A stretch of DNA of 32,350 bases from a virus (IMGVR_UViG_3300030010_000011:1-32350); one strand, 5' to 3'. Shown: positions 9,550-19,495, counted from the first letter of the stretch. Numbers and translations are program-made. The notes: generated by a model from the letters alone, not told the origin.

Positions 9550-9552
9550 ATC

Positions 9553-9936
9553 ATGGATTTCACTCTCAGCGACTTTGCCGCTGTCGTCAGGCAGAAGTAC
9601 GCCCCGCTGCGCATCACCTTCCCCACGGGGGAAGCGATCGAGTTCGCCCAGTTCCTCCAGCTCCCCGATGGTGATCGCCGGGAGATCATCGAACTCCAGA
9701 AGACGATGGACCGCGGCGGCGATGATGGCGCGGACCGGGACGCCACGGAACAGGCCGAGACGCTGAGCGAAACGCTCGCCACTGTGCGCCAGATCCTGCT
9801 CATCGCCTGCGGGCGGCGCGAGGTGGCGTTCGAGCGCTTGCTCTCCGAGCTGCCCGGCGACGGCGCCCTCATGGAGTTGCTGAGCGCGTGGAACGGCAGT
9901 ACCGAGCTGGGGGAAGCATCGCCCTCGCTGAGCTGA
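9553..9936 (+). CDS. Tail assembly chaperone (G-like, short form)
   Basis: FTL.D....V..KYAP..I N-terminus, ends ..W...TELGEASPSLS; between tail tube and tape measure. Confidence 0.88.
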   Translation: MDFTLSDFAAVVRQKYAPLRITFPTGEAIEFAQFLQLPDGDRREIIELQKTMDRGGDDGADRDATEQAETLSETLATVRQILLIACGRREVAFERLLSELPGDGALMELLSAWNGSTELGEASPSLS

Positions 9937-10364
9937 TCGACGCCCACGGGGCGGGCTTGGCCGCGGATCTGCTGCATCACTACCGCCTTGACCTCAGGGA
10001 TGAGCTTGCGGACCTGATGTCAGGAACGCCGTCAAGCTCGCCCTGCTGGCTTCTTGCGCTCATCGAGGGGCTACCGGCCGACGGTGCCTATGCGGCCAGC
10101 CGCCTCGGCGGTGCGGAGTTCCGCGGCTGGTCTCGTGACACCTCCATCCTGGCCGATGTCTGGGATATCCTCGCAGCAACGGCTATGGCCGGGTCGAAGA
10201 AGAAGCCTCCGACCTACCCCCGGCCAGGGCAGAAGGAACAGAGAACGATGTCGATCCTCGATATCAGCCCGTTCGCTGATCCTGCAGCTCGGGTTCGCCA
10301 GAAGTCACCAGGCAAGGCCGGCGGAACGGTCGGCCGCAAGATCAGGGAGTCGCGCCGTGGCTAA
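9553..10364 (+). CDS. Tail assembly chaperone (GT-like frameshift product)
   Basis: -1 frame continues LAELIDAHG..LAADL.HHYRLDLRD...L.LIEGLP..A..A...GG.E.RGW...PT.PRP. Confidence 0.85.
9909..9915 (+). other. Programmed -1 ribosomal frameshift site GGGGGAA
   Basis: CTG GGG GAA near the end of the chaperone ORF; the overlapping ORF 9888-10364 is in the -1 frame; same heptamer type as mycobacteriophage L5-like chaperones. Confidence 0.85.
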
Positions 10365-13300
10365 GAAGTCCCCAGGTGGCGCCGAGGTCGGCCGGATCGC
10401 CCTGAGAGTGCTGCCCGACACCTCGAAGTTCGCCGAGACCCTGAGGGCAGAGCTTGCGGCAATCAAGTCCCCAGACTTCACGGTCAGGGTCGACGCCGAC
10501 CTGGGCAAGTTCAAGGCCAGGCTGGACGCAGCGCTGCGTGAGGCGTCAGCCCTGAGTGTCGACATCGGGGTCGGCGCCGACACCTCCGGCATGATCGAGA
10601 AAATCGACGCCGCAGCCAACGCCGCGGCGGACTCGGCCAAGCCAACGGTCAATGTCGACGCGAACATCGACCAGTTGATCGCTGACATCGAGGCCGCGCG
10701 CAAGCTGGCCGAGGCCAAGCCCGTCAAGGTCAAGGTCGAGTCGGCCACGGACCAGCAATTCATCTCGCGCCTGCGAGCCGAGGTCGCCAAGGCCCTGGCC
10801 GCCATCGAGGTACAGATCCCGCTCACGATCGACGGCGAGGGCTTCAGGGGCGAGATCGACGCCCAGATCGAGACCATCCGCAAGACCATGCGGATGAAGA
10901 TCCCGCTCGAACCGGACAAGGCGCTCGCATTCCGCGAGGAGGTCCTTGCCCAGGTCCGCGCACTTCAGGGGCAGGTCAAGGTCCCCATTGAGCCGGACCT
11001 GAGCAAGCTGTTCACCGCAAGAGTCAAGGCCGAGATCGCCTCCGCCGCCCGCGCTGCCGAGGCCCGCATCCCCTTGACTCCGGAAGGGGAGAATCTTCGC
11101 GCCCGAGCGCAGTTCATCGTCGCTCAGGTCGACCACATGCTCAAGATCGGGGTGCCGGTCGAGCCGGCCGATGCGGCCAAGTTCCGCGCCGACATCGCAG
11201 CCCTGATCAAAGAGATGAACCTCCTCGCCAAGGTTGATCCGGTCAAGGTGCCGGTCAAGGTCGACACGAAGAAGGCCGCGGCCGAGACGAAGAGGGCCAG
11301 CAAGGGCGTCCTCGCGTCGCTCAAGTCCATCTTCGTCGGCTCGCTCAAGGCGGGCCGCGATGGCCTCAATCCCTTCAGTGGCGAGGCGACTCGGGTCAGC
11401 CGGGCGATCAGCAACATGGCCCCGATCCTCCTCGGGCTCGGGGTCACTTTCGCCACCCTGGCCCCGCAGGTGTTCAGCCTGCTCTACTCGCTCAAGGATC
11501 TCGCCGGCGGCTTCGCCCTCATGCCAGCGCTGATTACCGCGGTCGCGCTACCCGTCGGCGCCCTGGTGATCGGATTTCAGGGGTTCGGCCAGGCCCTCAA
11601 GGACATCGGGGACTCGAAGAAGTTCAACCAGGACCTCAAGGGGATGGCCCCGAGCGCCAAGGCCGCCGCCCGGGAACTGAAGAAGCTCAGCCCAGAACTG
11701 ACCAAGATCAAAAAGGCGACGCAACAGGCCTTGTTCTCGGGGATGGCCAAGGAACTCAAGGGCATCTCGACCTCAATCCTGCCCGTGACGAAGAAGGGCT
11801 TCGTCCAGCTCGCCGGGTCGCTGAACCTGACAGCCAAGTCCCTGATCAGGACGCTCACCTCGGCCCAGAAGACGCGACAGATCAAAGAGATCTTCACCAA
11901 CACCGCGGGCGCGGTCAGCCACACCCGTGGTGCGGCCTCGGCCCTGCTGTCGTCGTTCATCACGCTCTCCGCCGTCGGCGGTCGGTTCCTGCCCGGCCTG
12001 GCCAAGTACGCCACCAAGGCGGCCCAGGCATTCGACGGATTCGTCACCAGTTCGGCCAAGTCCGGCGCGCTGACCGACTTCATTCAGACCGCACTCAACG
12101 GGCTGAAGGACCTGGGTCAGGCCGCCTATGCGGCGGCCCAGGTGATCGGCGGCATCGGCAAGGCGGCCCAGGCCGGCGGCGGGGCCACACTCTCATCCCT
12201 GGCCGACGGACTGGCCGGTCTGTCCAAGATCGTCAACTCCGGGGGATTCCAGAAGGCGCTCACGCAGGTCTTCGCAGGCCTCAATGACGGGCTCGGCGCG
12301 GTCCGGCCCGCCATCGGGCCGGTGGTCACGGCCCTTGAGGCGCTGGCCCCGGTCATCGGTGACCTGGCCAGGGGGGCCGGGGTCCTGCTCGGGGCTGCGA
12401 TCACTGTGATAGCCGAGGCGTTCATCAAGTGGGCGCCGACGATCACGCAGGTGGTCAACGACCTCAAGGGGCCGCTGACCTCCGCCCTGGCGATTGCGAT
12501 CACCTACCTCGGCAAGCTGTCGACGTTCCTCGCCCAGAATCCGGCTCTGCTGATCGCCATCGGCGCCGCGTTCGTCGCGGCGTCCGGCCCGATGGGCCTG
12601 GCCGCCGTGGCAGTGTCCGCCCTGGTTGCTGGGTTCGTGGCGATTCAGCCGTACTTTCCGGCGATCACTGCGGCCCTGACCCCACTGGGGACCGGCTTCG
12701 GCGCGATCGCCACGGCGTCGGTCGCCCTGTGGAATGCGATTCTGCCGATCGGGCGCGACCTTCTGCCGATTTTCCAGAAGAATCTCCCGGCGATCAACGC
12801 GCTGTTCACGCAGGTCTTCACCTCGGTTCGGACCATCGTCAACGAGGTCATGCTGACCATCGGATCGAACATCCAGCGCTTCGTCGTGGTGGTCACGGCC
12901 CTGTGGAAAGTCTTTGGCCCGACCATCACCTCTGTGGTCTCGACCGCGTTCCCCTACATCCTGAAGATCATCAGCGGCGTGATGCAGGGCATCACCGGGA
13001 TCATCACCGCGGTGCTGCGGGTGATGCGCGGAGACTGGTCTGGGGCCTGGGAAGCGATCAAGTCGGCCACGGCGGGCGCAGTCAAGGCTATCGGCGCTCA
13101 AACTGAACTGCTGGGCACCCTGGTCGTGAAGGCCGTCAAGGGCATCGGCTCAAGGATTGCCGACCTCGGCAAGTGGTTCTATCACTCGGTGGAGGGCATC
13201 GGAAAGAACATCGTCGACGGGATCAAGGACGGCATCACCTCCAACGCGTCTTCGGTGGTCAACGCCGCCAAGAGGCTTGCCGACAATATCGTCAGCGCAT

Positions 13301-14343
13301 TCAGCCTCAAGATGGCCATTCACTCCCCTTCCCGGGTGATGATCATCCTCGGTCGCTACGTCACGCAGGGCCTGGTCAAGGGGATGCTCGGCACGGCCGA
13401 CCAGGTGACCAGGGCCGCGCAGACCCTGGCCAACAAGATCAAGGACGCCTTTGCGGCCAAGAAGATCAGCAAGTCCAGCGAACAGGACGCTCTCGACATC
13501 CTGAGCAAGGAGACCAAGCGGTTCAAGGCTCTGGCCTCCGAGCGCGCCAAGGTGGCAGACAAGCTCAAAGAGGCCCAGGGCAAGCTGGCCGACGCCCTGA
13601 AGGCCAAGGCCGACTTCAAGGCGAACATCGTGGCGAACGTCATGAGCTTCGGCGACGTCACTTCGTTCAACCAGAGCACGGCCTCAGACATCATCGCCTC
13701 GCTGAAGGACCGGGTTGCCCAGACCAAGGCGTACACCTCGGCCCTGGCCCGACTGAAGAAGCTGGGGATCAACCAGACCACCTACGCCCAGCTGGTCAAC
13801 GCCGGGGCCGAACAGGGCGGAGCCGCGGCCAAGGCGTTGCTCGACGGCGGCGTCGCGGCCGTGCGTTCGGTCAACCTCCTGACCAAGCAACTCCAGACCC
13901 AGGCGAACGCGCTCGGGAGCTCGGCAAGCGCGGCTCTCTACAATGCCGGGATTGAGTCGGCCCGCGGCCTCGTGGCCGGCCTGGCGTCGCAGGAGTCGGC
14001 CCTGGTCAAGGCGGCCAGGGCTCTCGCGCGGCGCATTGTGCGCGAGCTCAAGTCGGAGCTGGGTATCCACTCACCCAGCACGGTGACCCGCGATGAGGTG
14101 GGCATTCCCATGGGCATGGGGGTGGCCGAAGGGCTGCACCGCTCGCGCAAGCATGTGAAGTCAGCCCTGGCCGGCGTTACCGAGTTCACGTCGAACTCGG
14201 GCGGGCCCCACGCGGCGGCGACCGGCGGTCCGGCTATCGCCATCGAGAACATGTATACGGTTGACCCTGCCGCTGCGGCCAAGGAATTGGCACGCAAGCA
14301 GAAGGACCTCAACGCGATCTACGACCTGGGGAGAGTGGCCTGA
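10357..14343 (+). CDS. Tape measure protein (1328 aa)
   Basis: GTG 10357 gives MAKKSPGGAEVGRIALRVLPDTSKF; long Ala-rich helical protein with hydrophobic central region and two IHSPS motifs. Confidence 0.95.
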   Translation: MAKKSPGGAEVGRIALRVLPDTSKFAETLRAELAAIKSPDFTVRVDADLGKFKARLDAALREASALSVDIGVGADTSGMIEKIDAAANAAADSAKPTVNVDANIDQLIADIEAARKLAEAKPVKVKVESATDQQFISRLRAEVAKALAAIEVQIPLTIDGEGFRGEIDAQIETIRKTMRMKIPLEPDKALAFREEVLAQVRALQGQVKVPIEPDLSKLFTARVKAEIASAARAAEARIPLTPEGENLRARAQFIVAQVDHMLKIGVPVEPADAAKFRADIAALIKEMNLLAKVDPVKVPVKVDTKKAAAETKRASKGVLASLKSIFVGSLKAGRDGLNPFSGEATRVSRAISNMAPILLGLGVTFATLAPQVFSLLYSLKDLAGGFALMPALITAVALPVGALVIGFQGFGQALKDIGDSKKFNQDLKGMAPSAKAAARELKKLSPELTKIKKATQQALFSGMAKELKGISTSILPVTKKGFVQLAGSLNLTAKSLIRTLTSAQKTRQIKEIFTNTAGAVSHTRGAASALLSSFITLSAVGGRFLPGLAKYATKAAQAFDGFVTSSAKSGALTDFIQTALNGLKDLGQAAYAAAQVIGGIGKAAQAGGGATLSSLADGLAGLSKIVNSGGFQKALTQVFAGLNDGLGAVRPAIGPVVTALEALAPVIGDLARGAGVLLGAAITVIAEAFIKWAPTITQVVNDLKGPLTSALAIAITYLGKLSTFLAQNPALLIAIGAAFVAASGPMGLAAVAVSALVAGFVAIQPYFPAITAALTPLGTGFGAIATASVALWNAILPIGRDLLPIFQKNLPAINALFTQVFTSVRTIVNEVMLTIGSNIQRFVVVVTALWKVFGPTITSVVSTAFPYILKIISGVMQGITGIITAVLRVMRGDWSGAWEAIKSATAGAVKAIGAQTELLGTLVVKAVKGIGSRIADLGKWFYHSVEGIGKNIVDGIKDGITSNASSVVNAAKRLADNIVSAFSLKMAIHSPSRVMIILGRYVTQGLVKGMLGTADQVTRAAQTLANKIKDAFAAKKISKSSEQDALDILSKETKRFKALASERAKVADKLKEAQGKLADALKAKADFKANIVANVMSFGDVTSFNQSTASDIIASLKDRVAQTKAYTSALARLKKLGINQTTYAQLVNAGAEQGGAAAKALLDGGVAAVRSVNLLTKQLQTQANALGSSASAALYNAGIESARGLVAGLASQESALVKAARALARRIVRELKSELGIHSPSTVTRDEVGIPMGMGVAEGLHRSRKHVKSALAGVTEFTSNSGGPHAAATGGPAIAIENMYTVDPAAAAKELARKQKDLNAIYDLGRVA

Positions 14344-14344
14344 C

Positions 14345-15286
14345 ATGCCGATCCTTGCCCTCGTCAGCCAGGGGTCCATCTCCCCAGGGCTGGCCGACGA
14401 TGCCTCTGCCGCCTGGGGCGAGATGGGCGTGACCTGGTTCGGCCCAGACGGCAGCGTCTGGGATCTGGCCTCGCCAGACAGCGGGGTCGTGCTGGTCCCG
14501 GGCGGGGTGCGCGGGCTCAACATGCCCCCCATCACCCGCTACACGGGCAGCTCTCCCGCCCTGCCGGGGTCGCGCTGGCAGGGCAGCCGGGTCGGAGAGC
14601 GCCCCGTCTTCTGGCCACTGCTCGTGCACTCCGAGGTGGGTAGCCAGGGTTGGATCGACACCGATCGCGACTTCTGGTCCACCATGCGCCCGGACGATCC
14701 GGGTACCTGGCGGATCACCCTGCCGGACGGCACCTACCGAGAGCTGACCTGCCGGTTCGACGACGATGGCGACGCGACGTACGACCTCGACCCGATCAAG
14801 GTCGGATGGGCCGCGTACGGCGTCTCTCTCGTGGCGGATGATCAGCCGTTCTGGCTCGGCCGGCAACAGGGCGTCGTACTCGGGGCCGGGTCGGGCTCGA
14901 ACTTCTTCTCATCGTCCGGCTCGGTGCTGACGATCTCCCCGAGCCAGACGATCTCAAGCGCCAATGTGAGCAACCCCGGTGATGTGCCCGCCTGGCCGCG
15001 CTGGACCGTCAACGGCCCGGCCGACTCGATCGTGCTCGGGGTGGCCGGCGGGGCCGTGACCTACGCCCCGGCGCTCAGTGCTGGGCAGTCCGTGACGATC
15101 GACACCGATCCGGCCGTGATGACCGCGACCAACCAGGCCGGGGTCGACGTCACGTCGTCCTGCACTTGGCTGCCTCAGCCGATCCCACCGGGGGCCAGTG
15201 TCCCCCTGGCCATCTCCATGACGCCGCTCAGCTCGGCGGCCAGCGTGGAGATCACGCTGACCCCCCGCTACTACAGGGCCTGGTGA
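14345..15286 (+). CDS. Distal tail (Dit-like) minor tail protein
   Basis: W.GPDGSVWDL...GV.L..GGVRGL, RPVFWPL, NPGDVPAWPRWTV.GP, directly after the tape measure gene. Confidence 0.85.
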   Translation: MPILALVSQGSISPGLADDASAAWGEMGVTWFGPDGSVWDLASPDSGVVLVPGGVRGLNMPPITRYTGSSPALPGSRWQGSRVGERPVFWPLLVHSEVGSQGWIDTDRDFWSTMRPDDPGTWRITLPDGTYRELTCRFDDDGDATYDLDPIKVGWAAYGVSLVADDQPFWLGRQQGVVLGAGSGSNFFSSSGSVLTISPSQTISSANVSNPGDVPAWPRWTVNGPADSIVLGVAGGAVTYAPALSAGQSVTIDTDPAVMTATNQAGVDVTSSCTWLPQPIPPGASVPLAISMTPLSSAASVEITLTPRYYRAW

Positions 15287-15289
15287 ACC

Positions 15290-16468
15290 GTGCCTCCCGT
15301 GCGCCTGGCCCCGTTCCGGGTCAACATCTTCGGTCCCGACCTGGCCCCATGGTTCCCGATCAGTAGTTTCCAGTCATGCTCGGCCACCCTGCGGCACCTG
15401 GCCAAGTCGACCGGCACGCTGACCGTCGACCTGACTCACCCCCGCGCCGAGCAACTGTTCACGGCGGGCGCCCGAGCCACGGTCGACTACTTCGTCGGCC
15501 TGGCCGGGGCGAGCTACGCCGACCCGGCCAACTGGGTGCGCCTGATCAACGGCCCCCTTCAGACGCTTCAGGCGCAAGGCCCGTTCCGCACCGGAAATGT
15601 GACCTTCGGCATCGAGGACGACTACGGCATTCTGGGGGCCGCCCTTGCTTGGCCGAAGCCGTCGGCGGCCCTGAGCGCGCAGATCGTCGCGGCCGATGTG
15701 CAGACCGGCCCGGCGGAGACCGTGATCAAGCACTACGTGCAGGCGAACGCCGTGACGAGGCTCGGGCTCCCCGGTCTCAGCGTGGCCGCCGACCTTGGCC
15801 GAGGCCCGACGGTCACCGCAAGCGCCAGGTTCACCCTGCTCTCCGACCTCCTGCCGGACCTGGCCCGCCAGGCCGGCTTCGGTCTGCGCTTCACCCAGAC
15901 CGGATCGTCGAGGGTGTTCGACGTCTACAGCGTCACCGACCGCTCCGCCCGGCCCCTGACCGAGGCCTCAGGCGTCGTGAACGACTGGACCCTACTCAGG
16001 GGCGGCCCCGACTGCACCCGGGCCGTGGTGGGCGGCTCGGGTGCCGGGACGGCCCGGGTCTTCGGCAGCTCGGCCAACACTGCATTGGAGACCGAGTGGG
16101 GGCAAGTGGTCGAGGCCTTCGGTGAGGACACCGCGACCAACGTCCTGGCCACGCTGAACGCCGACGCGGCGACCCTCGTGGCCGCCAGTCCGGCGACAGC
16201 CGGATTCACGGTCGACATTCAGGAGGGTCCCGCTTTCCGCTTCGGCCGAAACATGTTCGTGGGCGATACGATTGCGGTTGAGATCAGCCCCAACCTGAGC
16301 GTGACGGATGCGCTGACGCAGGCCAGCGTCTCGTGGAGCGTTGAGTCCGGCCTGTCGATCAGCCCGCAGGTCGGGGACACCTCAGTCTCGCAAGGGCCGA
16401 ATGCCGTGCTCGCCGCGGCGATCTCACGGATAGCCAAGGGCCTTCGGGCGGGCAGGAGCGGCAAGTAG
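15290..16468 (+). CDS. Minor tail / baseplate hub protein (Gp37-like siphovirus family)
   Basis: TGPAETVIK.YV..NA..RL, TRAVVGG.G.G..R.F, FRFG....VGD.I.V; position after Dit. Confidence 0.82.
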   Translation: MPPVRLAPFRVNIFGPDLAPWFPISSFQSCSATLRHLAKSTGTLTVDLTHPRAEQLFTAGARATVDYFVGLAGASYADPANWVRLINGPLQTLQAQGPFRTGNVTFGIEDDYGILGAALAWPKPSAALSAQIVAADVQTGPAETVIKHYVQANAVTRLGLPGLSVAADLGRGPTVTASARFTLLSDLLPDLARQAGFGLRFTQTGSSRVFDVYSVTDRSARPLTEASGVVNDWTLLRGGPDCTRAVVGGSGAGTARVFGSSANTALETEWGQVVEAFGEDTATNVLATLNADAATLVAASPATAGFTVDIQEGPAFRFGRNMFVGDTIAVEISPNLSVTDALTQASVSWSVESGLSISPQVGDTSVSQGPNAVLAAAISRIAKGLRAGRSGK

Positions 16469-17401
16469 ATGGCAATCACATCCTACGGATACGACGGGAC
16501 GATGAGCGAGGCGGGCTGGTCGACCCTCGCCCCCCTGCTCGGCTCTCAGCGCTGCGTCGCCGGCATCAGCGACTTCGCGGTGACGATCGGCGGCGCCGGC
16601 TCCCGGGCGATCACCGTGGCGACCGGGACGGCCCACGGCTTCGGAGTGGCTGACGTGAACTCGGCGGCCATCGTCCTGAACGCCACCACGGTCGCCTCCG
16701 GCACCCGCTGGGATACGGTCGTGATCCGGCGCAACTGGTCCGGCACGGGCGGGACGACGACCGTGGTCATCGTCCCCGGGACCGCGACGCAGGCCCTGGC
16801 CTCCGGGCTGAACAGTTCCCCGGGCTCGATCGACGACCAGCCAATCGCCCTGATCCAGCTATCCAGCGCCAGCACGTCGGTCCAGAACGTGATCGACCTG
16901 CGGGGCATCGGTGGTCGGCCACTGCTCTATGCCAGCGCTCCGGCCCTGCCGCTGGCCTCCGGCCAGCCGATCGGGACCGTGGCCTACGTCCCTGCCACGG
17001 GGCAGGGGAACGACGTCTGGGTCAACACCTCGGTCTCGGGGACCCCGACCTGGGTCAATACCTCGCGCCCCGCCTGGCTCACGGCATCGCTGGCCAGCGG
17101 GATCAGCGCGTTCCTCCAGACCCCCTCCTACTGCAAGGTGAACGAGATCGTCTACATTCGCGGGACCGTGAAGCGCAGCTCCGGTGCCGACTTCGCCGAC
17201 GGCACCACGTACTCGATCACGACCCTGCCGATCGGGTTTCGCCCCGGCGATGGCACGAACACCTCGATCGGGGCCTCGGCCGCCGGGGCGGCCAAGGCTG
17301 CACGGGGCTACATCGACACCTCCGGCGTGCTTCAGATCACCGTCGCCGGGGCAGCCTCGAGCTGGGTCTCCATCGACATGAGCTACCCCGCAGAGGGCTA
17401 G
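16469..17401 (+). CDS. Minor tail / upper baseplate protein with C-terminal receptor-binding-like domain
   Basis: MAITSYGYDGT..E..W, TRWDTVVIRRNW, DDQPIAL, IDLR; C-terminal VYIRG....I.TLP.GFRP fibre-head motif. Confidence 0.8.
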   Translation: MAITSYGYDGTMSEAGWSTLAPLLGSQRCVAGISDFAVTIGGAGSRAITVATGTAHGFGVADVNSAAIVLNATTVASGTRWDTVVIRRNWSGTGGTTTVVIVPGTATQALASGLNSSPGSIDDQPIALIQLSSASTSVQNVIDLRGIGGRPLLYASAPALPLASGQPIGTVAYVPATGQGNDVWVNTSVSGTPTWVNTSRPAWLTASLASGISAFLQTPSYCKVNEIVYIRGTVKRSSGADFADGTTYSITTLPIGFRPGDGTNTSIGASAAGAAKAARGYIDTSGVLQITVAGAASSWVSIDMSYPAEG

Positions 17402-17411
17402 GAGAGAGAGC

Positions 17412-19172
17412 ATGACCAGCTTCACCTACGGCACGATGCCAGAGCACTTCGTCGAGATCCCCGACTCGTCCAACCCGGGTCAGGTCAAGCGGCCGGCGGC
17501 CGGCATCGCACTGACTCTCACGGACGCGGTGACCCTCGGCGCCGTGACCGGCCTGAAGACCCTCGGCGGGACCACGATTTCATCGGTGCTGACCACGGAC
17601 TACGGCTACTTCGGATTCCTGTGCGACTCCGCGACGGTCAACGTCTCCGCCGACGGGGGCACCACGATCAAGCAGTTGTTCGGCGTCGAGGCCATCGAGG
17701 CCGCGATCACCGGGGGATCGTCCGCGGGGACCGCGAACGCCGCACTGACCGCGGCCAATGCGGCCACCGCGGCGGTGGCCGTCGTTGCGAGCCAGCTCTC
17801 CCCGGCCCCCACGCTGACGCAGCACACCGCCAGCGCGCCGTTCTACGTCGCCCACCGCGGGTGCGGTGACGAGCGCCCAGAGCACACGCTGCTGGCCTAT
17901 AAGGACGCGGTTGCGTCCGGGGCCAGGGCCGTCGAGGTGTCGGTGCAGACCACGGCCGACGGGCAGGTGTTCTGTATGCACGACCTGACGCTGGACCGCA
18001 CAAGCACCCTCAGCGGCAACGGCAACGTCGCGGCCTGGCGCAACCTGCTGTTCAACGGGGCGATCGACATCGGCGCCACCATGATCGGCCCGGCCTGCCC
18101 CAACCAGCCGTTCGGCCTGCTCCGCGACGTCTTGCAGGAGGTCAGCGACAACACGCTGATTTTTCTCGAACCGAAGGACGCCTCGGCCGCGTCTGTGGCC
18201 GCGATCATGGCCGTGCTGGCCAAGTTCCCTCGGGCCAAGATCGTGTGGAAATGCGCCAGCGTCACCACGACCGGCGGCCAGCCGGGGCACGCCTTCGCCG
18301 CCCAGGCCGCCGGCTACCCGACCTGGGTCTACCTCTCCGACACCGATTCTGACGCGGCGATCACCCTGACGGCCTCGCAGGCCGACATGATCGGCATCCC
18401 CTCAGGGGCGACGCCCAGCTACATCAGTCACGCCGTGAGCCTGGCCGCCGCGCAGGGGGCCCTCGTGATGTGCTGGGAGGTGCACCGCCGCTCGCAGGTG
18501 GCCGCCCTGTCGGCCCTGGGGGTCGCCGGGATGATGTGCTCGGGGATGACCTACTGCACCCGGACCACGGCCATGGCCACCGCAACCGCATGGGGCACGG
18601 GCATCCGGGCGCACGGCGAGATCCCGCACGACGACTTCAATTCGAACCTCAACTGGCCGGTCATCTCGACGGCCAACCGCTCGGTGACGCTGCGCGCCTC
18701 GAACAAGTCCCTCCTGCTTGGGTCCCTGTGCCCGGTGGCGAACGCGGCCGGGACATACACGATCACATTCGCACTGCGGTACCCCACCCTGCCGGCGACC
18801 CTGACCAACCATGCCGACTTTGTGTTCGCCCGGCCCGACGACTCGATCTACTACTTTCAGGCCACGACGAACACGGTAGGCGGCTACCACCTGATCATCA
18901 GAGGCAACGGTCAGCTCGGGCTCTATAAGCACGACCCCCTCAGCGGCACCAGCACGCAGCTCGGCTCGACCATCACCACCGCAACCCCCGTTGCGGGGGC
19001 GTGGATGACCTTCTCGGTCGCGGTCACCCCGACCAACCTGACGGCGCAGCGCACCGATGACGGGTCGTCCGCCATCTCGGTGGCGAACTCGGCCTATCGT
19101 GGCGGGTACATGCAGCTCAACACCGCATCTTCAGACGTCGCGGTCGAGTACCGCGACGTCGTGATCTCCTGA
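17412..19172 (+). CDS. Tail-associated protein with a glycerophosphodiester phosphodiesterase (GDPD) domain and a C-terminal beta-sandwich
   Basis: VAHRG....PEHTL.AY..A...GA..VEVSVQ.TADG..FCMHD.TLDRT, IFLEPK, GV.GM; Ala-rich linker upstream; located among tail genes. Confidence 0.85.
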   Translation: MTSFTYGTMPEHFVEIPDSSNPGQVKRPAAGIALTLTDAVTLGAVTGLKTLGGTTISSVLTTDYGYFGFLCDSATVNVSADGGTTIKQLFGVEAIEAAITGGSSAGTANAALTAANAATAAVAVVASQLSPAPTLTQHTASAPFYVAHRGCGDERPEHTLLAYKDAVASGARAVEVSVQTTADGQVFCMHDLTLDRTSTLSGNGNVAAWRNLLFNGAIDIGATMIGPACPNQPFGLLRDVLQEVSDNTLIFLEPKDASAASVAAIMAVLAKFPRAKIVWKCASVTTTGGQPGHAFAAQAAGYPTWVYLSDTDSDAAITLTASQADMIGIPSGATPSYISHAVSLAAAQGALVMCWEVHRRSQVAALSALGVAGMMCSGMTYCTRTTAMATATAWGTGIRAHGEIPHDDFNSNLNWPVISTANRSVTLRASNKSLLLGSLCPVANAAGTYTITFALRYPTLPATLTNHADFVFARPDDSIYYFQATTNTVGGYHLIIRGNGQLGLYKHDPLSGTSTQLGSTITTATPVAGAWMTFSVAVTPTNLTAQRTDDGSSAISVANSAYRGGYMQLNTASSDVAVEYRDVVIS

Positions 19173-19189
19173 TTGGGAGGGGATAGACC

Positions 19190-19495
19190 ATGACCAACCT
19201 CACTTCGGCAGTAACTCAAGTGGCGCCGAGTGTGACCGCGGTTACGCTGGCCGCCGACAACCCGAGCCGGATCGGCTGGAGCTTCGTCAACGATGGCGCA
19301 TCGGACTGCCTGATCAAGTTCGGCACGGCGGCCAGCTCGACCAGCTACACGGCCCGAGTGCCGAGCGGGGGTGGCTTCTACGAAGTGCCCTCCTACTCGG
19401 TCCGCGGCGTCCGCGTGGTGTGGAACGGGATCATCACCGGAATCTGGGTCGGGGCCGTCACTGGCACCTCGATGGCCACCGAGGTTTCCCTGTGA
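19190..19495 (+). CDS. Small beta-rich putative virion protein
   Basis: RBS GGGAGG; LAADNPSR.G..FVN......IKFG..AS...Y motif; in the tail gene cluster. Confidence 0.65.
   Translation: MTNLTSAVTQVAPSVTAVTLAADNPSRIGWSFVNDGASDCLIKFGTAASSTSYTARVPSGGGFYEVPSYSVRGVRVVWNGIITGIWVGAVTGTSMATEVSL

Noticed and set aside
10054-10356. N-terminal extension of the tape measure ORF
   Set aside because: Overlaps the chaperone GT frame; GTG 10357 has an RBS (AGGGAG) and gives a typical TMP N-terminus. Similar over-extensions were trimmed at 7183, 7491, 8048, 14261, 19420 and 21514
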